Shown piece after piece: positions 27,394 through 36,556 of a stretch of DNA of 64,000 nucleotides. Origin of the DNA: Candidatus Lustribacter sp. (GTDB lineage: Bacteria > Vulcanimicrobiota > Vulcanimicrobiia > Vulcanimicrobiales > Vulcanimicrobiaceae); contig OZ255842.1 of assembly GCA_965277805.1 (NCBI GenBank), positions 3,104,001 through 3,168,000 on the forward strand, read 5' to 3'. The position numbers and the translations under genes were made by a program. Each line of letters begins with the position of its first letter. Positions within the stretch are counted from its first letter, which is position 1. The notes beneath the pieces are model-generated. The model was not told the origin of the DNA, did no database searches, and saw only the letters and a list, made by a program, of their open reading frames with translations.

Positions 27394-28667
27394 GAAGTAC
27401 TCCTGATGGGGGCGGATTCCGGTTCAACTGCGCTGAGCAACTCGGAGTCGTAATCGGAGCGCAGCTCAACTTGGCGATGGAGCGTTACTTCGCGATGCTC
27501 GTGCGCTGACTGGACCAACCCGAGCGTTGCCTCGAGGGTCGCCCGCCCCCAGGCACCGCTGTGATAGGGCGGCAGACCGTCGAAGGCCGCCGCGCGCAGC
27601 TCGGTCAACGCGCCGATCGTTGCGCCGCCCTCGAGATCGCGAGCGCGATGCTCGATCGAGCGCAGATCGATCTCGCGCTTGCCGTTGTCGCTGTAGACGT
27701 ACACGCCGTGTTTGGCGTGACGCAGCACCCCGCGAGTGCAGCTCACTACCGTCATTCCGAGGTCCGTCGGAAACCAGGCAGAGCGGTCGGAATCGGCCAT
27801 GCGTTGGGTTGGATCGAACGCGCCGCCGATGCGGAATGCCTCCTTCTCGCTCTGCTCATTGCGTGTTCCAGCCGCCAACTCGCGCCGAATGCGCAATCGG
27901 TCCTCGTCGTCGTATCGCCAGTTAATCGGTGCGCCTTCGAACAACTCGCCGGCCATGAAATAGCCGTAGCCGTTCAGGACCGTCGTCGCAGACGTCCCGT
28001 TCTCGAATTCAAAGAAGCCGGTAAAGAACCCAGGAACCGCGCGCTCGGGCATCCACTGGCCGGTCGTCCCGGAGACCCGGCGCAACTTGCCGCCGCCAAG
28101 AAGGCGCAGCACATCGACCTGATGCGGTCCCTGGCGGTGAACAATTCCGGCACCGGCTTCGAGCGACAACTCTTCCGGAGTTCGCGCGCGTAACATCCAG
28201 TCCATGAACGACCACATCAATACGTGGCGGAAGCCTTGCAGTTCGTCGCTCAGTGCCAACCGGCGCATGACTCGGATCGGAATGCCGTAGCTCGAGGTGT
28301 GCGCCGCGATTAGCGCGACGCCGTACTTCTCGCTCGCGTCGACCATGCGGTCCGCGTCCTCGATCGTTACCGCCATCGGTTTCTCAACCGCGACGTGCTT
28401 ACCGTTTCGCATCGCCAAGATCGCACCCTCGGCATGGAACTTGTTGGGCGTCGACACCCAGATCGCGTCGAGGTTGGCATCCTTGCAGATGGCCTCTGCA
28501 GATTCGTAGACCGGGCGATCCGGATATCGCCGCTCGAACGCCTCGCGCATGCGGGGATTCACGTCGGCTCCCGCAGCGAGCTGGATCCCGTCCATCGAGT
28601 CAATCGTCGGCATAACATTGGCCGCCCCTTGACCCAAACCAAGAACCCCAATCTTTAGCGTCCGCAT
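27390..28667 (-). CDS. Gfo/Idh/MocA oxidoreductase, phthalate 4,5-cis-dihydrodiol dehydrogenase (OphB/Pht4)-like
   Basis: KIGVLGLG, KHVAVEKPMA, R.PEEL...G.GIVHRQGPHQVDVLRLLGGG, FEFENG, HSGAWGRATLE; start taken at ATG 28667. Confidence 0.85.
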   Translation of the reverse strand: MRTLKIGVLGLGQGAANVMPTIDSMDGIQLAAGADVNPRMREAFERRYPDRPVYESAEAICKDANLDAIWVSTPNKFHAEGAILAMRNGKHVAVEKPMAVTIEDADRMVDASEKYGVALIAAHTSSYGIPIRVMRRLALSDELQGFRHVLMWSFMDWMLRARTPEELSLEAGAGIVHRQGPHQVDVLRLLGGGKLRRVSGTTGQWMPERAVPGFFTGFFEFENGTSATTVLNGYGYFMAGELFEGAPINWRYDDEDRLRIRRELAAGTRNEQSEKEAFRIGGAFDPTQRMADSDRSAWFPTDLGMTVVSCTRGVLRHAKHGVYVYSDNGKREIDLRSIEHRARDLEGGATIGALTELRAAAFDGLPPYHSGAWGRATLEATLGLVQSAHEHREVTLHRQVELRSDYDSELLSAVEPESAPIRSTS

Positions 28668-28913
28668 GCTGATCAGACCGCCGATACACTCGAGCGCGCG
28701 GGGTTCATCAGGACGCGACTTTGACTTGCGGTTCAAGGTACGAGTCGACACAGAACCGCATCTCTCGTTCTTCGCCCTCGCGCTGCGGGGTGCGTTCGGC
28801 TTCGGTCATGGTGTGCCCGATTTGCGGGGCAACGCACAGGTCCTGTGGATGTAACGTGCCGGCAGGGTCGCTGCTCACACGGTCGAACGCGAAGTTTTTG
28901 GAGGGTTCTTCGC

Positions 28914-30107
28914 GTGGCGCTTACTCCTGAGATGAACGATGATTTCACCCGCGTCGGTAAGGGGACGCCGTGCGGCGAGTTGTTCCGCCGCTATTGGCTC
29001 CCGCTGGCGCCCGCGAGTGAGCTTTCCGCGGAACGTCCCAAGAAGCGCGTGCGCATCCTCGGCGAAGACCTCGTGCTTTACCGTGACGCGCACGGCAAGC
29101 TAGGCCTGATTCCGGAGCGTTGCCCACACCGCCACGCCTCGCTCTACTTCGGATTTCTCGGTGAAGAGGGTGGATTGCGCTGCGCATATCACGGCTGGCG
29201 CTTCGACACGGAAGGCAACTGCGTGGAGCAGCCGTTCGAGCCGCCCGACAGCAAGTTGCGCGCGCTGGCCTGCCGGCCGCATTATCAAGTGCAGCAGCTT
29301 GCCGGCATCCTGTGGGGCTACCTTGGGCCAGATCCGGCACCACTCTTGCCGCGTTGGGATTTACTCATCCGCGACGATGGCATGCGCGCGGTCACGGTGC
29401 TGCCGATCCACCACTGCAACTGGTTGCAGGCGCAAGAGAACTCGCACGATCCGGTTCACACGATCTACCTACACGGACGAATGCTCCAAGAGATTCAGCC
29501 GGCAGGCAACGAGGGCGCAATCGCATACTATACTCGCCCGCTCGAGAACTACGACTTCGAGGTCTGCCGCGAGCCGGCGTGGACCGGAATCCGCAAGACC
29601 CGTGAGTTCGGCGGCGACAAACCGCAACGCGAACTCGGCCATCCCGCAATCTTCCCTAATGCACTCGTCAACCCGCAGAGCGATAAAATCGTGATGCACT
29701 TCCGTACGCCCATCGACGACGAGCACACGTATATATTGTGGTCGGAATTCGTTCCGAGCGCAGACGGTTCGCGAGTGGATCAGCCCGATGAAGCAATACC
29801 CGTCAGCTACCTACCGCATCCGCGGCGACCCGACGGCGAGTACGACCTCATGACCTTCGTCAATCACGATATCATGGCGTGGGAGACGCAGGGTGCGGTC
29901 TATGATCGCTCGACCGAACTGCTCGGAGCATCGGACCGCGGGATCACGCTCTTCCGCAAGATGCTGCGCGAAGAGATCGAGAAGGTTCAAGCCGGTGAAG
30001 ATCCCGCAGGCGTGATTCGCGATCCGGCACTCAACGAATCGATTCCGGTTGGGAAAGCAGCCGCAGACCAGTTTCGCCTACGGGTCGAGTTCCAAGCCGC
30101 GCAATAA
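28914..30107 (+). CDS. Rieske oxygenase alpha subunit, paralog B (close to 22160..23386)
   Basis: GTG start with a GGAGGG RBS; CPH...CAYH, ENSHDPVHTIYLH; shares blocks with paralog A (HHCNWLQ, YLPHP.RPDGEYDL, MAWETQG, DRSTELLGASD). Confidence 0.92.
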   Translation: MALTPEMNDDFTRVGKGTPCGELFRRYWLPLAPASELSAERPKKRVRILGEDLVLYRDAHGKLGLIPERCPHRHASLYFGFLGEEGGLRCAYHGWRFDTEGNCVEQPFEPPDSKLRALACRPHYQVQQLAGILWGYLGPDPAPLLPRWDLLIRDDGMRAVTVLPIHHCNWLQAQENSHDPVHTIYLHGRMLQEIQPAGNEGAIAYYTRPLENYDFEVCREPAWTGIRKTREFGGDKPQRELGHPAIFPNALVNPQSDKIVMHFRTPIDDEHTYILWSEFVPSADGSRVDQPDEAIPVSYLPHPRRPDGEYDLMTFVNHDIMAWETQGAVYDRSTELLGASDRGITLFRKMLREEIEKVQAGEDPAGVIRDPALNESIPVGKAAADQFRLRVEFQAAQ

Positions 30108-31070
30108 CTACTGGGGTTTGAAGATCAAATCGGTAGCGGGGAACGCGGGGAAATTTTCGTAGCGCGCCACGACGTTGATCTCGGGCTGAACCATCGCGGG
30201 CGTCGTACGCTGCGCAAACGTGGCTAGCGACGCCGTTGATAGCGATGACGGAGCTTGTCCGAATGTCCGCGTAATGATTTCAACGGACTTTGCGGGGTTC
30301 TTCTCGCAAAAAGCAGCCGATTCGCGCATGGCGGACGCAAACCGGGAAACGAGATCTGCGTGCGCCGTCGCCCACGAGCTCATCGCAAACCATGCGGTCA
30401 CTACGAACGACGGAGCCACCGCCGCCGACATCGCGCCCGTTAGCGGACGCGCAACCTTGCGCGCATCGCTCAAAAACGGTTCTCCGAGCTCCGCCGCATC
30501 GATGCGGCCGGCAGCAAAGGCGGAAGCCATCTGCGAAAACGGCATTTCAACAAACTTCAACGTCGATGAGTCGCCGCCGTGGGCGTCGACCCATGCGCGT
30601 ACGGCATAGACGCCCATCGTTGCGAGGCCGGGCGTACCAATCGTTTTGCCGTTCATATCCTTGGCGGTTCGAATTGATGTTTGATTGCCGACCATGAGGT
30701 ACGCGATCGGCGGCACGGTGCTGGCCGAGTAAAGTGCAGCGCCCGCAACGATGACGAAGGGAACGTTCTTGTGCCGCGCTTGCGCGAGCGTCGCGACGGT
30801 TGCGATGCCGATGTCGACGGCACCCGCCGCGACGGCCCCGGCAAGCGCCGAACCGTAGGCGATCTGCTGCAACTCCGCCGCGATGCCCGCTTTGGTAAAG
30901 AACCCCATTTCTTGGGCGAACAGCACCTGAGCGCTATATTGAAACGGCAGATACGCGATCCGCAGCGTATCAAGGCTCTGCGCACGCGCAGGCACCGGTG
31001 TCGCTAGCGCAAGCGAAGCGCCGGACGCGAGGCTTCCTGCGAGCGCAATTCGCCGAGAGAAATTAGGCAT
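30108..31070 (-). CDS. ABC substrate-binding protein, SsuA/THI5 family
   Basis: SRR Tat-like signal, DMNGKTIGTPGLATMG, LKFVEMPFSQM; close paralog of 35595..36551. Confidence 0.9.
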   Translation of the reverse strand: MPNFSRRIALAGSLASGASLALATPVPARAQSLDTLRIAYLPFQYSAQVLFAQEMGFFTKAGIAAELQQIAYGSALAGAVAAGAVDIGIATVATLAQARHKNVPFVIVAGAALYSASTVPPIAYLMVGNQTSIRTAKDMNGKTIGTPGLATMGVYAVRAWVDAHGGDSSTLKFVEMPFSQMASAFAAGRIDAAELGEPFLSDARKVARPLTGAMSAAVAPSFVVTAWFAMSSWATAHADLVSRFASAMRESAAFCEKNPAKSVEIITRTFGQAPSSLSTASLATFAQRTTPAMVQPEINVVARYENFPAFPATDLIFKPQ

Positions 31071-31150
31071 CGCGCGTTTTTCGCGCTAGGTAAGAACCTT
31101 CCGCCCTGCGAGCTGCACGCTTGCCGGCGTTCGGTTTCTCGGGTTTGAAC

Positions 31151-31226
31151 TGGAGCCGACGAGCGGACTTGAACCGCTGACCTGCTGATTACGAATCAGC
31201 TGCTCTACCAACTGAGCTACGTCGGC
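31151..31226 (-). tRNA. tRNA-Thr (anticodon CGT)
   Basis: Minus strand GCCGACGTAGCTCAGTTGGTAGAGCAGCTGATTCGTAATCAGCAGGTCAGCGGTTCAAGTCCGCTCGTCGGCTCCA: 76 nt cloverleaf, anticodon loop TT-CGT-AA, encoded CCA. Confidence 0.97.
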
Positions 31227-31285
31227 ATCATCGGTCTTGCGACCGCAGCCTACCCCAATTCGGTGGAGAGGCCCTCGCCCTCCCC

Positions 31286-31696
31286 CTACGACATTTCCGT
31301 CAGCCGATCGAGCACGCGCGCGAAGGCGGCCAGGTCTGAGGCCGGGCAGCCGCGTAGGGCCGCCGCCTCGATTTCCCGGAGCGCCTCATAGATCCGAGCG
31401 CTCAGCGTCCGTCCGGCGGCTGTCAAGAACACGACCACCGAGCGCCGGTTGCTTGGATCAGCCTCACGCTTGATTGCCCCGCGGGTTTCGAGCCGGTCCA
31501 GGACGCTCGTCAGCGTCGAGCGGCGATGGCCGAACTCAGCATGGATATCGTTGATTCGCGCGTCACCATGCATGTGAAGATACGCCAGCACGTGCGCTTC
31601 GGCTTGATTAACGTCGAGATCGGCTCGTCCGGCGAGATAGAGGGCTACCGCGTGCGTGATGCGCTCGATCTTAGGAATCGCGACTAGACGTTTCAC
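31286..31696 (-). CDS. MarR family transcriptional regulator
   Basis: EAHVLAYL, STLTSVLDRLE.RG, NRRSVVVFLTAAG; GTGA overlap with the upstream gene. Confidence 0.9.
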   Translation of the reverse strand: MKRLVAIPKIERITHAVALYLAGRADLDVNQAEAHVLAYLHMHGDARINDIHAEFGHRRSTLTSVLDRLETRGAIKREADPSNRRSVVVFLTAAGRTLSARIYEALREIEAAALRGCPASDLAAFARVLDRLTEMS

Positions 31697-32130
31697 GAAC
31701 CCGGATGCGAGGCGAGGTAGGCCGCGATCGCCGACTGCATCTCAGCCGACATCTCATGCGCGTGCAACCGGATCTGCTCGGCGTGCGCCGCACCGGCATC
31801 GTTAAGGGGTACGACATCGTAGGTCATCGTTGCGTCGCTGCCGGCGGAAGCGCTGACGACATCGATCGTGAGCGTAACGACGAACGTCTGCGGCTCGAAA
31901 ATCACGTATTGCACGACGCCCTTCGAAGGATCGAATTCGCGCAAGAGCCAGACCCTCGACCCGGTGGTGAACACCGCACCGGCGGCTTGCAGCGGTTCGG
32001 GCTGCGCGATGAACTTCGGCTTGAAGTCCGGCTCCCAAACGGACTCGCTGACCGGCCCGAATGCGGCCGTTACCGCCGGCCGGGGTGAGGTAAAATGCAT
32101 GAGCAGCGTGACGATGACGTGCGCTAACAT
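31693..32130 (-). CDS. Hypothetical protein, possibly SRPBCC/START-like fold
   Basis: FGPVSESVWEPDF...GAVFTT...W...VVQY pattern and C-terminal helix; co-transcribed with MarR. Confidence 0.6.
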   Translation of the reverse strand: MLAHVIVTLLMHFTSPRPAVTAAFGPVSESVWEPDFKPKFIAQPEPLQAAGAVFTTGSRVWLLREFDPSKGVVQYVIFEPQTFVVTLTIDVVSASAGSDATMTYDVVPLNDAGAAHAEQIRLHAHEMSAEMQSAIAAYLASHPGS

Positions 32131-32136
32131 GCCGAT

Positions 32137-32166
32137 ATCGTATAATACGACATCGTATTATGTCAA
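32137..32166 (-). promoter_or_regulatory. Sigma70 promoter with an overlapping perfect inverted repeat (probable MarR operator); likely leaderless
   Basis: Minus strand TTGACA-18 nt-TACGAT-6 nt-ATG; ATAATACGA-ca-TCGTATTAT at 32142-32161. Confidence 0.7.
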
Positions 32167-32183
32167 GCGGTCTGCGGTTGGCC

Positions 32184-32951
32184 TTATTCGGAGCGCCAGC
32201 GGCTGAAGTGCAACTCGAGCCGGCGAGTCAGTTCGTTCACGCCGATGGCGATTGCGGCGAGAACCGTAATCAGACAGAAAAGATCGGTGGGGTCGAATTT
32301 CTCTGAAAAGAGCTGGGTGAAATAACCGATTCCGGTGGTCGAGACGTAGAGTTCCGCCAGGACCACGCCGAGCAGCGTAACGGCCATCGCCAGACGCATT
32401 CCGACGAAAATGCTCGGCACCAGTTGCGGCAAGATGACTCTGCGGAGGATCTGCATCTTCGTTGCGCCCATCGTACGCGCGCTGAGCACGTGAATCGGAC
32501 GCACACCCTTCATCCCGGCGACGACGTTGAGGATAATTGGGAAGACACCGTGACTCGCTCCGAACGCGATCTTCGAAGCAGCACCAAGGCCGAAGAACAG
32601 AATGAACATCGGCAAAACGGTGACCTGCGGGATGGCATACAGCAGCAGCACGATCGGGAACACGCTGCGGTAGTTGAACGGGGTCGCTCCGACGGCAAGG
32701 CCGACGATCAACCCCGCGACGACGGCAATCGCAAACGCAACGGCCAGTTCTAGGAAGAACGAGCCGACGGCAGCGCCGACCTTCGGGTCGGCAAACAGAT
32801 GCCCGAAGCCGGTGACCACGGCCGAGGGGGGACTGGCGAACGCCGGGTCGATGAACCATCGCGCCGCAATCTCCCAAAGCACCAGCAGCACCGCGATGCT
32901 GAGGATGCGCAGCCGCAGCGGGCCGTACTTGCCGCGAAACGCCGTCTTCAT
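32184..32951 (-). CDS. NitT/TauT family ABC permease
   Basis: ASPPSAV, YAIPQV, ARTMGA, AEL...TGIG; start ATG 32951 overlaps the upstream stop. Confidence 0.9.
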   Translation of the reverse strand: MKTAFRGKYGPLRLRILSIAVLLVLWEIAARWFIDPAFASPPSAVVTGFGHLFADPKVGAAVGSFFLELAVAFAIAVVAGLIVGLAVGATPFNYRSVFPIVLLLYAIPQVTVLPMFILFFGLGAASKIAFGASHGVFPIILNVVAGMKGVRPIHVLSARTMGATKMQILRRVILPQLVPSIFVGMRLAMAVTLLGVVLAELYVSTTGIGYFTQLFSEKFDPTDLFCLITVLAAIAIGVNELTRRLELHFSRWRSE

Positions 32952-33709
32952 GCGGTCGTCCGTGCCCGCCGGGACTCCCATGTCGAGAGCAGCAGGTTGA
33001 ACAGCGCGGCGATGATGATGACGAGGAGGACGTAGGCGAACATCCGCGCCGTCTCCATCATCTGAGCGTTTTGCGAGATCTGATGGCCGAGGCCGGAATC
33101 CGACGCGATGATCTCACCCGCAAGGACCGACGCGAAACAGGGAATGAAGGCCACGCGCAAACCCGTCAGGATGATCGGAAACGCGCCCGGCAACAGCACG
33201 CGGCGCAGCATCTGCAAGCGCGAGGCACCGAACGACATCGCCGCCGTGCGCAGATTGAGATCGACGCTGTTGAAGCCGGCAATCGTATTGAGCGCGATCG
33301 GAAAAAACGCGGCCAGGCACCCCAGCGCCATCTTCGACTTCACGCCGGTCCCGAAGAATAAGATGAACGTCGGAAAGAAAATCAACAGCGGCACCGTGTA
33401 GAAGGCAGCCAGCATCGGCTCGTACGTCCGGGTGAAGAGGCGCGACGTGCTCACTACGTAGCCGACGCCAATGCCGAGCACGATCGCGATGATGTAGGCC
33501 GTGCCGAACGTCGACATCGTCGTCCAGATGTCGGTCAACGTCGCGGGGGAGGTAACGACGTTGAGGAAGTTCTTCGCAACGTCGCCGATACGCGGGAACA
33601 AAATCGGGTTGATCAGGTGCATCGCCGACTCGATCGACCACGCTCCCAACAGCACGACGAAGAACGCCGCCTGAACGAGCCGCGTAGCGAGCCGATCGTC
33701 TTTAACCAT
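32948..33709 (-). CDS. NitT/TauT family ABC permease
   Basis: YTVPLL, AAMSFGAS, GEIIASDSGLG; start taken at ATG 33709. Confidence 0.9.
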   Translation of the reverse strand: MVKDDRLATRLVQAAFFVVLLGAWSIESAMHLINPILFPRIGDVAKNFLNVVTSPATLTDIWTTMSTFGTAYIIAIVLGIGVGYVVSTSRLFTRTYEPMLAAFYTVPLLIFFPTFILFFGTGVKSKMALGCLAAFFPIALNTIAGFNSVDLNLRTAAMSFGASRLQMLRRVLLPGAFPIILTGLRVAFIPCFASVLAGEIIASDSGLGHQISQNAQMMETARMFAYVLLVIIIAALFNLLLSTWESRRARTTA

Positions 33710-34526
33710 TGCCGCGTTTGCGGATCTGCTGCGCCGAATCCACGCTACGGCGAATTTCATCGTGCAACAGTTCGTAGAGCTCGCTGCGGATCGCCGCGAA
33801 TTGCTCCGAGATCACGAAGTCGGGCGTGCGCGGATGCTCCTTCTTCACCTCGACGACGGCCTTGATCTTGCCCGGGCGCGACGTCATGACGAAAATTCGG
33901 TCCGATAAGAACACGGCTTCGCTCAAACTGTGGGTGACCATCACGATCGTCTTGCCGGTCTCAGCCAGCAGCACGGAGAGGTCTTCACCGAAGACCATCC
34001 GCGTCTGCTCGTCGAGCGCCGCAAACGGTTCGTCCATCAAAAGAATGTCGGTTTGCAAGCTCAGTCCGCGCGCGAGCGCAACGCGCTGTTTCATGCCCCC
34101 GGAAAGCTGCGCCGGATAAAAGGCGGCGAACTCCGACATATGCACGGCTTCGAGCGCAGCGGCCGCGCGCGGAGTCCGCTCGGCCGCCGGCACGCCTTGG
34201 AATTCGAGCGCGACCAGCAAATTTTCGAGCACGGTGTTCCACGGAAAAAGCGCGTTCTCTTGAAACACGAACGACATCTTGTGCGGCATGATGCCGCTCA
34301 ACGCCGCACCGTCGAGCCGCACGCTGCCGGCGTTCGGCGGCAGCAGACCGCCGATGATGTTCAGGAGCGTGCTCTTGCCGCAACCGCTGGGACCCAGCAG
34401 CGACACCATCTCGCCCGCCCGGATCGCTAACGAAACGTCACTCAACACCGCGAGCGGCGCCGAGCCTTGCGAAAACGCGTGCGACACGTCCTGGGCTTCA
34501 ATCGCGATGGCGGGTTGCACGCTCAA
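33702..34526 (-). CDS. NitT/TauT family ABC ATP-binding protein
   Basis: GPSGCGKS, LSGGMKQR, LMDEPFAALD, VTHS..EAV; TTG start with an AGAGGA RBS. Confidence 0.93.
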   Translation of the reverse strand: MSVQPAIAIEAQDVSHAFSQGSAPLAVLSDVSLAIRAGEMVSLLGPSGCGKSTLLNIIGGLLPPNAGSVRLDGAALSGIMPHKMSFVFQENALFPWNTVLENLLVALEFQGVPAAERTPRAAAALEAVHMSEFAAFYPAQLSGGMKQRVALARGLSLQTDILLMDEPFAALDEQTRMVFGEDLSVLLAETGKTIVMVTHSLSEAVFLSDRIFVMTSRPGKIKAVVEVKKEHPRTPDFVISEQFAAIRSELYELLHDEIRRSVDSAQQIRKRGNG

Positions 34527-34608
34527 GCTGCATCCTCTTCGATGATTGCCTGGCCTTCGACGGGCCGCGTCGTAGGCTCCCCCGGTGCCACGGCAGAAGG
34601 GCGCCGTT

Positions 34609-35583
34609 GTGAACATCGTCCGGCCGGCAATCCTTGCCCTCGTCACGCTGCTGGCACTCGCGCCGGCAACGCCGCTGCGGGCGCAGGACCTGCCCGTCGT
34701 GCGCGTCGGCAAGCCCGAAGCTGCGGCCCTCACGTTCATGGCCATCGAAATCGGCGAAAGCGCCGGAATATGGAAGAAAGTCGGCATTAACGTCCAGGGC
34801 GAAGCGCTCAAGGGCGACGCGCAAATTCACCAGGCGCTCACGGCCGGCAGCATCGATATCGGCATCGGATCCGGGCCCGGCCTCGCGTTTCTCGCAAAGG
34901 GCGTGCCGGCACTCGCAGTCGCCGCATTATCGGGACCACCCGATCAAATGAGCCTCATCGTCGGGCCGAACTCGCCGATCAAAACCATTCGCGACGTTCA
35001 GGGAAAGCGCATCGGCGTCACGACCCATGGTGCCGTGACCGAATGGCTGACGCAGCAGATCGCCGTGAAGCAAGGCTGGCCCGTGTCATCGATTACGATC
35101 GTGCCGCTCGGCGATGCGAAGGGCGAGTTGGCCGGTCTCAAGACCGGCGCCGTCGACGGGTTCGTGAGTTCCGTCGATGTGGGCTACGATCTGATCGAGC
35201 ACCATCAAGGATCGATCGTGCTGAATTTCGGGCACGAGATCGTGCAGCATTTCCACAATAACCTGATCTTCGCGCGCACCGAGTTCATTCAAAACCATCC
35301 CGACCTCGTGAAGAGATTTCTGGATGGGTGGTTCCAAACGATCGCCTACATGCAGACCCATCGTCAGCAGACGGTCACGTTCGCCGCGCAAGCCGAAGGC
35401 TTCAGCAACGAAACGATGGCGAAGGCGTACACCGACCTCATGCCGATGATGTCGAAAAACGGAGCCTTCGATCAGTCCGCGCTCAATCTGCTCGCGAAAT
35501 CGTTCACCGACCTCGGCGTCCTCGATCATCCCATCGATCCGAATCAGTACATCACGACGAAATTCGTCCCGGTGCATATCTGA
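34609..35583 (+). CDS. ABC substrate-binding protein, SsuA/THI5 family
   Basis: Signal peptide after GTG 34609, DVQGKRIGVT, GAVDG, HPDLVKRFL; divergent from the NitT/TauT operon. Confidence 0.9.
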   Translation: MNIVRPAILALVTLLALAPATPLRAQDLPVVRVGKPEAAALTFMAIEIGESAGIWKKVGINVQGEALKGDAQIHQALTAGSIDIGIGSGPGLAFLAKGVPALAVAALSGPPDQMSLIVGPNSPIKTIRDVQGKRIGVTTHGAVTEWLTQQIAVKQGWPVSSITIVPLGDAKGELAGLKTGAVDGFVSSVDVGYDLIEHHQGSIVLNFGHEIVQHFHNNLIFARTEFIQNHPDLVKRFLDGWFQTIAYMQTHRQQTVTFAAQAEGFSNETMAKAYTDLMPMMSKNGAFDQSALNLLAKSFTDLGVLDHPIDPNQYITTKFVPVHI

Positions 35584-35594
35584 GGTGCCAAGCG

Positions 35595-36551
35595 ATGTCT
35601 AACCTCACCCGCGGCGCCGCCGTCAAGCTCGTTGCGGCGGCGGCGCTCGTGCCCGCACTCGCGCGGCCGGCGCGCGCGCAAGATCTGCCGTCGATTCGCG
35701 TCGCGTACTTGCCGTTTTCGTACAGCGCGCAGGTGCTCTACGCGCAGGACATGGGCTTCTTCAAGAAAGCCGGCATCAGCGTCGACTTGCAGTCGATCGC
35801 GTACGGCGCCGCGGTTGCGACCGCTGTTGCATCCGGAGCCGTCGACATCGGTATCGCCACGATCACCACGCTCGCGATCGCGCACTCGAAGAACATCCCG
35901 TTCATCATCGTCTCGCCGGCGGCCGAGTACGTCTCCTCGCAGCCGGCAACCGGCTGGCTCTTCGTTGGCAACCAAACGACGATTCAAAAAGGCGTCGACA
36001 TGAACGGCAAGACGGTCGGCACGCCCGGACTCGCGACGATGGGCGAGTATGGCGTGCGCGCCTGGGTCGACGCGAACGGCGGCGATTCGAACACGCTGAA
36101 ATTCGTCGAGATGCCGTTCTCGCAGATGCCGGCCGCATTTACCAACGGACGCATCGATGCGGCGTTCGTCGGCGAGCCGTTCATCACCGAAACGCGCAAA
36201 GTCGCCCGGGTGCTCGCGCGCGAGATGGATACGATCGGGCCGGCGTATGTGATCACGGCGTGGTTTGCCAACGCACCGTGGTTGACTGCCCACCCGGAAC
36301 TTGCGGCCCGCTTCGATGCCGCGATGCGCGACGCCGACGTGTGGGCGGCGAAAAATCCGGCGAAGTGCATCGACATCTTGGCGCAGCACTTCAAGCTCGA
36401 TCCGGCGACGATCTCGCCGGCCGGCTTGCCGACCTTTCCCGCGCGCATGACGCCCGCACTCATCCAATCCGAAATCAACATGACGGCACGGTACGGAAAG
36501 TTTCCCGCATTTCGCGCCGAAGAGTTGATCTACACACCGCCCCGAGGTTAA
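35595..36551 (+). CDS. ABC substrate-binding protein, SsuA/THI5 family
   Basis: RBS GAGG before ATG 35595; DMNGKTVGTPGLATMG, LKFVEMPFSQM; paralog of 30108..31070. Confidence 0.9.
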   Translation: MSNLTRGAAVKLVAAAALVPALARPARAQDLPSIRVAYLPFSYSAQVLYAQDMGFFKKAGISVDLQSIAYGAAVATAVASGAVDIGIATITTLAIAHSKNIPFIIVSPAAEYVSSQPATGWLFVGNQTTIQKGVDMNGKTVGTPGLATMGEYGVRAWVDANGGDSNTLKFVEMPFSQMPAAFTNGRIDAAFVGEPFITETRKVARVLAREMDTIGPAYVITAWFANAPWLTAHPELAARFDAAMRDADVWAAKNPAKCIDILAQHFKLDPATISPAGLPTFPARMTPALIQSEINMTARYGKFPAFRAEELIYTPPRG

Positions 36552-36556
36552 ACGGC

